Both the position numbers and the translations under genes were made by a program. Below are positions 57,875 through 64,000 of a stretch of DNA of 64,000 nucleotides, piece by piece. The stretch lies in the NCBI GenBank assembly GCA_964567575.1, contig CAZMMZ010000007.1:2090-66089 (forward strand), given 5' to 3'. Source of the stretch: Candidatus Undinarchaeota archaeon (GTDB taxonomy: Archaea; Undinarchaeota; Undinarchaeia; Undinarchaeales; UBA543). The notes beneath the pieces were generated by a model that was not told where the DNA came from, made no database searches, and saw only the letters and a program-made list of their open reading frames with translations. The number at the start of each line of letters is the position of its first letter. Within the stretch, counting starts at the first letter, position 1.

Positions 57875-57952
57875 TGGTGGGCCTGAAGGGATTTGAACCC
57901 TTGATCTACAGCTTAGAAGGCTGTCGCCTTATCCAGACTAGGCTACAGGCCC
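57875..57952 (-). tRNA. tRNA-Arg (UCU), CCA encoded
   Basis: Hand-folded: GGGCCTG-TA-GCCT AGTCTGGATA AGGC-G-ACAGC CTTCTAA GCTGT-AGATC-AAGGG TTCAAAT CCCTT-CAGGCCC-A-CCA. Confidence 0.9.
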
Positions 57953-57996
57953 ATAGCTAAATATCCTAAAACTACTCGCTTTTATTTGTTTTGTTT

Positions 57997-58506
57997 TTAC
58001 TTGAAAGCTTCTGGTGGCTTGTTATAGTCCATGCTGAATCTTTTGCTAAATTGTTTGTGTATAACAAACTGCACCAAACTCATTGCAATGAACAAAATAA
58101 GTATGTTCATCAATGCTTTTGAGAATGGATAATAATACAACATGAATCCCATTAATCCGATTGGGACTATTGTCACAATCGCCACTGCTATTTTTGCAAT
58201 AATTCGGGCATATGGATCTTTACAATTTCCTGTTCTGTAAATCTCTGCTGCTACAATTCCCCAAGCACTTGAATATCTTTTTCCAAAGCAGAATACTTTA
58301 GAATTCTTATGTAACCAGGTAAGAGTCAGCACTAAAACAATAGCACAGGACACATAAACAATCGATGCAATGGGCGATCCTTTATATCTGAGACTTGATA
58401 TTCCGTAAGCTCCAAGCCCAAGATAAAAAAGAATGAAAATATTTTCAATATCGACCCACAAATCAGCCATATGTTTATACCGTTCTTTTATCTTTTTCAT
58501 TTCCAA
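57997..58506 (-). CDS. Membrane protein, unknown function
   Basis: 169 aa, about 4 TM segments. Confidence 0.5.
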   Translation of the reverse strand: MEMKKIKERYKHMADLWVDIENIFILFYLGLGAYGISSLRYKGSPIASIVYVSCAIVLVLTLTWLHKNSKVFCFGKRYSSAWGIVAAEIYRTGNCKDPYARIIAKIAVAIVTIVPIGLMGFMLYYYPFSKALMNILILFIAMSLVQFVIHKQFSKRFSMDYNKPPEAFK

Positions 58507-58606
58507 AAAATTAGATTTTGATGGTTTATAAATCCTCTGTTTATCACCCCTTTAGAATTATTTTTAGTAATCCTTTATAACCCCCGATTAGAGTTCTCTT
58601 TCACTA

Positions 58607-59836
58607 ATGAAGATTACAAAAGCGTTAATCCTTGCTGCCGGGGATGGCAAGAGAATGAGGCCGCTTACAGATACACGGAACAAATGTTTACTTCCTGTAG
58701 CTAACAAGCCAATTATTCTTCGCAGTTTAGAAGCATTACGCGAAGCAGGAATTACAGAAGTCGTCGTCGTTGTCAGCAAGGAAAGTACTATTCCTGGTTT
58801 TCTTGAAGTGAATAATGAAGAGCTTGCAATCTCTTTTACAATTCAGGAAGAGCATTTAGGAACTGCTAATGCAATTGCAACTGCTCGCGAAAAATTGCCT
58901 GAAGATTTTATTGTTTTAAATGGAGATGATTTCTGCACTTCCGATCACCTTGAAAATATTATTTCAAATCACAATTCAAAAGCTACAATGTCTGTTATAA
59001 AAAAAGAAAATCCTGTTGGTCTCGGTGTTGTTGAAGTTGAAGGAAATAAAGTTCGAAAAATTGTTGAAAAACCTCCAAATGTTCAAGGAGAAGTTTTTGT
59101 TAATATTGGAATCTATGCATTCTCCCCAGACATTTTTGACATAATTGATAATCTCAAACTATCAGAACGCGGAGAATATGAAATCACAGATGCAATTCAA
59201 ACTCTTGTTGATTCTGGTGAACAAGTATCCTCAGTTGAAGCTGAGATGTGGATGCCTGTAAATTATCCGTGGGATCTTCTTACTGCAAATAAAAAATTCA
59301 TCAACGAGGAACCTGAAGAAATCAAAACAGAATTTGATCATGGAGTTACTGTAAAAGGAAAACTAATAGCAGGCGAAGGTACTTTTATCAAGGCCGGAGT
59401 TTATATTGAAGGTCCTGTTATGATTGGGAAGAATTGCATTATTGGTCCTAATGCTTTCTTACGTCCTTACACTTGCATTGGAGACAATTGCAAAATTGGT
59501 CAAGGTGTTGAAGTTAAAAATTCTGTTATCATGGATGGGACTTGTATTCCTCATCTTTCTTACATGGGCGATTCAGTTGTCGGTCGGAATGTAAATTTCG
59601 GGGCTGGTGCAATAATGACAAACTTACGTCATGATAATAAAAACATTCTTGTAAATATGAAAGGAAAGCAAGTTGATTCTGGGTTAAGAAAACTCGGCGG
59701 TCTTGTTGGCGACGATGTCAAATTCGGATCAAATGTTGTTGTCAATCCTGGAAAAAAGATTGGTTCAAAAGCAAGAATCTGGCCAGGTGTTGTTGTTAAT
59801 AATGATGTTGAATCTGGTGAAGAATACAAAGGTTAA
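58607..59836 (+). CDS. Bifunctional sugar-1-phosphate nucleotidyltransferase / left-handed beta-helix acetyltransferase (GlmU-like)
   Basis: 409 aa. ALILAAGDGKRMRPLTDTRNKCLLPV (NTP-transferase), then hexapeptide repeats (IGPNAFL..IGDNCKIG..VGRNVNFG..). Confidence 0.85.
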   Translation: MKITKALILAAGDGKRMRPLTDTRNKCLLPVANKPIILRSLEALREAGITEVVVVVSKESTIPGFLEVNNEELAISFTIQEEHLGTANAIATAREKLPEDFIVLNGDDFCTSDHLENIISNHNSKATMSVIKKENPVGLGVVEVEGNKVRKIVEKPPNVQGEVFVNIGIYAFSPDIFDIIDNLKLSERGEYEITDAIQTLVDSGEQVSSVEAEMWMPVNYPWDLLTANKKFINEEPEEIKTEFDHGVTVKGKLIAGEGTFIKAGVYIEGPVMIGKNCIIGPNAFLRPYTCIGDNCKIGQGVEVKNSVIMDGTCIPHLSYMGDSVVGRNVNFGAGAIMTNLRHDNKNILVNMKGKQVDSGLRKLGGLVGDDVKFGSNVVVNPGKKIGSKARIWPGVVVNNDVESGEEYKG

Positions 59837-60507
59837 CTCAGTGTCATTAAATATCTAAGAATTTGGTATCCAATTAATTTTGCAACATATATGTTTATTA
59901 TAACATCTAAAGAGTGAAGTATGAAAATTTTCATTGGAGCCGATGGGCAAAACATTTTTGAAAGTATTCCATCTGTTACTTGAACAAATACGATTGCTAT
60001 CACAAATGCAAGGAAAAATTGACTTGCAGTTATTGCAGGTCCATAGACGAATTTCATTATTTGCGCCACACCAATCATTAAACACATTGTTACAGATTGA
60101 ATCATAATCCCTGTTCCTTCATCTGGTCTGACTTTCCAAACTCCTCCAAAACCAATTATGAAAAGTGAGAATGCAAACAGTGGACCTAAGGTATAACTCA
60201 CATAAAACATCAAAGGAAAATGGATTTCAATTCCCATTTTCCACAAATCTGTTTTTCTTGTGAAGAAAATTGCCATTGCTACAATAAGCCAATAGAAAAG
60301 AATGGTGTATTTTCCCCAAAGAACCATAAAAAGTACTGATAAAACAAAAATTGCAATTATAATACCACTTACGAAAATCCAAGTTTCTTTTTGCAGTATT
60401 ATATTTTTCCCACTTTTTTTCGCAGGTTTTGTGTGAGGGTATAATTTTGAGTGAGAATAGTCTGCCTTGTGTTCTTTCTTTTTATTTCCTTCAGCTTTCT
60501 TCTCCAA
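59833..60507 (-). CDS. Multi-TM membrane protein (family member P2) with basic N-terminal tail
   Basis: 224 aa. KMGIEIHFP..YTLGP pattern. 4-nt overlap with the convergent glmU-like gene end. Confidence 0.55.
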   Translation of the reverse strand: MEKKAEGNKKKEHKADYSHSKLYPHTKPAKKSGKNIILQKETWIFVSGIIIAIFVLSVLFMVLWGKYTILFYWLIVAMAIFFTRKTDLWKMGIEIHFPLMFYVSYTLGPLFAFSLFIIGFGGVWKVRPDEGTGIMIQSVTMCLMIGVAQIMKFVYGPAITASQFFLAFVIAIVFVQVTDGILSKMFCPSAPMKIFILHSLDVIINIYVAKLIGYQILRYLMTLS

Positions 60508-60622
60508 TGTATTTTCCTAATCTAGCTATAATAAGCTCAAAGATTTAATTTCTCTCTGGTTATAAGTTTTTCCTGGATTTTTTCCCTAAAGTTTATAACT
60601 AACTTCTCCCTAGCTTTGAATT

Positions 60623-61246
60623 ATGGGAGAAAAACGTGGTAAATTTATAGCTATTGAAGGGATTGACGGCTGTGGTAAGTCGGGGCATGCCGGTTTTATT
60701 ACTGATTATCTACGTCGTCGTGGTTATACTGTTCATTATACAGAAGAACCATCTCGTGGAAGAATCGGTCGTCTTCTTAGAGAATATTTGAAAGATGAAT
60801 CTACACTCTCACTTGCTGATGCATTTCTCTTTGCTGCAGACAGAGCAGAACATTTACAATTTGAAATTGAGCCAGCACTTAAAGACGGGAAAATTGTAGT
60901 TTGTGAGCGATACAAATATTCCAGTTTCGCTTATCAATCTGCGCAAGGTCAGGATTTGCAAATGCTAAAAGACATTCACTTCTTTGCTCCTGATCCAGAT
61001 CTTACTATTTATCTTGATGTAACTCCAGAAGAAGGATTAAGTCGGTGTGACCGTGGAGAAAAATTTGAGAATATTGAATTTTTAACAAAAGTTAGAGATG
61101 TTTATGAAAAGCTCGCACATGATGAAGCAAACAATTTCAAACGAATCGATGCAATGCCAGATAAAATGGCTGTAAAAGATTCTGTAATTAAAGCAGTGCA
61201 AGATTTTTTAAATGGTAATGGCCATCCAATTCCTGAGAAAGAATGA
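60623..61246 (+). CDS. tmk: Thymidylate kinase
   Basis: 207 aa. FIAIEGIDGCGKS P-loop, and DRYKYSSFAYQ (DR-Y motif variant ERYKYS). Confidence 0.88.
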   Translation: MGEKRGKFIAIEGIDGCGKSGHAGFITDYLRRRGYTVHYTEEPSRGRIGRLLREYLKDESTLSLADAFLFAADRAEHLQFEIEPALKDGKIVVCERYKYSSFAYQSAQGQDLQMLKDIHFFAPDPDLTIYLDVTPEEGLSRCDRGEKFENIEFLTKVRDVYEKLAHDEANNFKRIDAMPDKMAVKDSVIKAVQDFLNGNGHPIPEKE

Positions 61247-61317
61247 TAATTCTTCACCAGTTTCTCATTATTATCTAAATAACAAAATTTAAAAACCACA
61301 GGGCTAACTCTAAACCT

Positions 61318-61488
61318 ATGTCAAAAAAGAACACAGTTAACATTCCAAATGCAGGAGGCGGAATCTTCCACGTTGCTAGTGAGGAGAGTAAAGGTTTCCA
61401 TTTTAAACCAATGCACATCATTGGATTTACAGCAGCTGTTGTTGTAATAGAAATCATTCTGCATCTGTATGGCGGCGCGATTTTCTAA
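61318..61488 (+). CDS. secG: Preprotein translocase subunit Sec61-beta (SecG, archaeal)
   Basis: My translation (56 aa): MSKKNTVNIPNAGGGIFHVASEESKGFHFKPMHIIGFTAAVVVIEIILHLYGGAIF. This is the tail-anchored pattern of archaeal Sec61-beta. It falls below the track's size cut-off. Confidence 0.6.
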   Translation: MSKKNTVNIPNAGGGIFHVASEESKGFHFKPMHIIGFTAAVVVIEIILHLYGGAIF

Positions 61489-61495
61489 AACCATC

Positions 61496-61572
61496 GGGGG
61501 TGTAGTCTAGCTTGGTATGATACTTGCTTTGGGAGCAAGTGGTCCCCAGTTCGAATCTGGGCACCCCCACCA
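61496..61572 (+). tRNA. tRNA-Pro (UGG), CCA encoded
   Basis: Hand-folded: GGGGGTG-TA-GTCT..-CTTGC TTTGGGA GCAAG-TGGTC-CCCAG TTCGAAT CTGGG-CACCCCC-A-CCA. Confidence 0.9.
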
Positions 61573-61637
61573 CTTTCTATATTTTTTTCAATAAACTTTA
61601 AATAAGTTCAATTTATCCTACTCTTTAGTGAACTATT

Positions 61638-62882
61638 ATGGCAGACAATCCATTTGAAAATCAATTACAACAACTTGAAAAAGCGCAGAAGATTGCGCAG
61701 ATTGACAAGAATATTTACGAAGTTTTGAAAACTCCGCAAAGAGTTACAGAAGTCTCTTTTCCAATTGAGATGGACAACGGTGAAACAAGAACCTTTGATG
61801 GTTTTCGCGTATTGCACAGCGATGTCCGCGGTCCAGGAAAAGGTGGCATTCGTTTCCACCAAAATGTTTCAATTGAAGAAGTCAAAGCTCTAGCTGCATG
61901 GATGACTTGGAAAACTGCAGTTGTTGGAATTCCAATGGGTGGGGCAAAAGGTGGTGTTGTTTTTAATCCAAAAGAAATTTCACAGCACGAACTTGAACTA
62001 ATTTCTCGTGGTTTTATTCGTGAAATTGCTGAGTTTGTTGGAGTGGATAAGGATGTTCCTGCTCCTGATGTTTATACAACTCCTCAAGTAATGGCTTGGA
62101 TGCTTGATGAATTTGAAAAATTGAAAGACAGGAAAGAACCTGGAATGATTACTGGAAAGCCAATTGAAATTGGGGGTTCTCAAGGACGTGGAACTGCAAC
62201 TGCGAAAGGTGGTGTATTCACTGTTTTAGAAGCAGTCAAACACGTTGGTATAAAACCAAAAGGTGCAACTGTGGCTATTCAAGGTTATGGGAATGCTGGT
62301 CACAATATGGCTATTCTTCTTCATGAACTTGGTTTCAAAATTATTGCTGCAAGTGATTCCAAAGGCGGAATTTATTCAAAAGCTGGATTTGATCCTGAAA
62401 AAGTTTTCGAACATAAACAAAAAACAAAATCCGTTTCCGGCTTTGCAGGCACTGAACCAATTACAAATGAAGCTCTACTTGAGCTTGAATGTGATATTCT
62501 TGTTCCAGCAGCTCTTGAGAATCAAATCACTGCTGAAAACGCAGGAAATGTTAAGGCAAAAATAATTGCTGAGCTTGCAAATGGTCCAACTACACCTGAA
62601 GCAGATGAAATCTTGAACAAGAATAAAGTTTTCATTATTCCAGATATTCTTTGTAATGCTGGTGGAGTAACTGTGAGTTACTTTGAGTGGATTCAGAACC
62701 GCACAGGCGATTATTGGACAGAAGATGTTGTGTTCGAACGACTTGAGAAGCGAATGATAACTGCCTTTGATGATGTGTTCTCTATTTGCAAGGAAAAGAC
62801 ATGTAATATGCGTACTGCAGCGTTCGTGCTGGCTATGCAGAGGGTCTCAAAAGCAATAGAACTGCGTAGTTGCCATCGCTAG
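61638..62882 (+). CDS. gdhA: Glutamate dehydrogenase
   Basis: 414 aa. GPGKGGIRFH, GGAKGG, and the Rossmann motif GYGNAGH. Confidence 0.93.
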   Translation: MADNPFENQLQQLEKAQKIAQIDKNIYEVLKTPQRVTEVSFPIEMDNGETRTFDGFRVLHSDVRGPGKGGIRFHQNVSIEEVKALAAWMTWKTAVVGIPMGGAKGGVVFNPKEISQHELELISRGFIREIAEFVGVDKDVPAPDVYTTPQVMAWMLDEFEKLKDRKEPGMITGKPIEIGGSQGRGTATAKGGVFTVLEAVKHVGIKPKGATVAIQGYGNAGHNMAILLHELGFKIIAASDSKGGIYSKAGFDPEKVFEHKQKTKSVSGFAGTEPITNEALLELECDILVPAALENQITAENAGNVKAKIIAELANGPTTPEADEILNKNKVFIIPDILCNAGGVTVSYFEWIQNRTGDYWTEDVVFERLEKRMITAFDDVFSICKEKTCNMRTAAFVLAMQRVSKAIELRSCHR

Positions 62883-62965
62883 AATCAGTTAAAAATTTCA
62901 ATGTGGAGTGGCGGTTTAAGCCACACCACGTGTATTATTATATTTTGTATGTAATGTAAATTTAT

Positions 62966-63121
62966 TTATGCGTCTGCTTTCATAAATCTGCAAACAGTTG
63001 TTTTACAGTTAGGGCATGGACCTTTTGCGATGTTTCTTCCATTCTTTGTTTTAGACATTTTGCCACCTGTTACTTTAACTGGTTTTTTGCATTTCATACA
63101 TCTTGCTTCATAATCTACCAT
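62966..63121 (-). CDS. Small zinc-ribbon protein (DUF5679-like)
   Basis: MVDYEARCMKCKKPVKVTGGKMSKTKNGRNIAKGPCPNCKTTVCRF. CxxC..CxxC. A GGAGG Shine-Dalgarno sequence lies 9 nt before ATG 63121. The track start at 63151 is probably too long. Confidence 0.5.
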   Translation of the reverse strand: MVDYEARCMKCKKPVKVTGGKMSKTKNGRNIAKGPCPNCKTTVCRFMKADA

Positions 63122-63179
63122 TGTAATAAGCCTCCTAGTTATCTCATACATAAAAAGAGTATTTATGTGTTATCTCTGC

Positions 63180-63191
63180 TGACATATGTCA
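63180..63191. promoter_or_regulatory. Perfect 12-bp palindrome TGACATATGTCA, site 4
   Basis: Lies between the trxB stop and the zinc-ribbon gene, upstream of AT-rich TATA-like sequence on the minus strand. Confidence 0.3.
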
Positions 63192-63193
63192 TT

Positions 63194-64000
63194 TTACCAA
63201 TCTATAATATCAACTTTCTTTCCTTCTTGTGCGCGAACGTACTTGTAAGCCATTAAACCAGCCGTAGCACCGTCTCCACATGCTGTAACAATCTGTCGCA
63301 CGCCACCGGTTATGTCCCCAGCTGCGAACACTCCTGGCACATTCGTTTGCATGTTCCTATTCACGTTCACATACTTATCTTCACTTAATTCAACTCCAAT
63401 ACTCATTGCAACTGCACTTGTTGGAGCAACTCCAATACGGATAAAAACACCATCAACAGTCAAATCCTTACTTTCTTTTGTATTCACATTCTGTATAGTT
63501 AATCCAGTTACAACCTTGTCTCCTTTCACTTCAACACCAACACTGTCAAGAACTTTCTCAACACCTTTTGCATCAATTTTCTTAACAAGTGCTTCTGAGC
63601 CTCGGAATTCTGCTCGTCTATGAATAATATATACTTTCTTTGCTAAAGCTGATAAAAATTCTGCAGCTGATAAAGCGCTGTTTCCACCACCAATCACAGC
63701 AACTGTTTTACCTTTGAAGAAAGGGCCATCGCAAGTTGTGCAGTATGAAACTCCACGTCCTACAAATTCAGTTTCTCCTGGAATTCCTAAATTCTTATAC
63801 TTTGATCCAGTTGCAATAATCACTGCTTTTGATTTGTAATCAGTACCTTTCCCTGTTATAACATCAATTACGCCTTTTCCTTGTACAAGTTTGACAACAT
63901 CACAGGTTTTAATTTCTGCTCCGTGTTTTTTAGCCTGATTTGCCATGTTTGTGATAAGCTCTGGACCATTGATTGTTTCAAAACCAGGATAATTCTCAAT
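63194..64000 (-). CDS. trxB: Thioredoxin reductase (5' end outside the window)
   Basis: CTTCDGPFF redox centre, GGGNSA NADPH motif, GDITGG. The frame stays open upstream of the track's Met to position 64000 (..IENYPGFETINGPELITNMANQ..). Confidence 0.9.
   Translation of the reverse strand: MENYPGFETINGPELITNMANQAKKHGAEIKTCDVVKLVQGKGVIDVITGKGTDYKSKAVIIATGSKYKNLGIPGETEFVGRGVSYCTTCDGPFFKGKTVAVIGGGNSALSAAEFLSALAKKVYIIHRRAEFRGSEALVKKIDAKGVEKVLDSVGVEVKGDKVVTGLTIQNVNTKESKDLTVDGVFIRIGVAPTSAVAMSIGVELSEDKYVNVNRNMQTNVPGVFAAGDITGGVRQIVTACGDGATAGLMAYKYVRAQEGKKVDIIDW

Noticed and set aside
61275-61457. 60-aa minus-strand ORF
   Set aside because: The plus strand here encodes a convincing 56-aa Sec61-beta homologue (61318-61488). 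The minus-strand ORF is its shadow.

Overview
This is a visibly AT-rich, tightly packed archaeal chromosome segment. Many genes overlap by 1-16 nt, and I saw no rRNA genes, CRISPR array or recognisable transposase or integrase. The archaeal assignment rests on a B-family DNA polymerase, archaeal DnaG primase, NAC, MC1 chromatin protein, Sec61-beta, an A24 preflagellin-type peptidase, archaeal-type TyrRS/AspRS/ThrRS/ArgRS, DtdA and SMC-ScpA. The compactness suggests a small-genome (DPANN-like) archaeon, but lineage cannot be fixed from this window.

Most content is housekeeping:
- a four-gene mevalonate operon (HMG-CoA synthase, thiolase, DUF35, class II HMG-CoA reductase)
- pyrBI, secFD, RNase HII, RecJ-like DHH nuclease, NMNAT, thymidylate kinase, GDH and TrxR
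- seven tRNA genes, read by hand

The most unusual signal is a family of four GC-rich elements that share hairpin 1, a conserved unpaired T and compensatory base changes. Three of them (A, B, C) also share hairpin 2.
- Two copies lie just downstream of tRNA genes (Gln-CUG and Arg-CCU). Each is followed by a second copy of that tRNA from position 61 onward plus trailer.
- One copy is embedded in-frame at the 5' end of the HMG-CoA reductase ORF.
- A larger divergent copy sits between convergent genes.

Other observations:
- argS is surrounded by four tRNA-Arg isoacceptors, with OTC nearby.
- The SMC has roughly half-length coiled-coil arms and an acidic tail.
- There is an HD/YjeF_N fusion.
- dtdA contains two tracts with 7-nt periodicity.
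- A TGACATATGTCA-type palindrome recurs in four intergenic regions.
- A small HTH gene has a disrupted frame.
- Four small multi-TM proteins look paralogous.

All calls come from reading the sequence and the ORF track. No searches were run.
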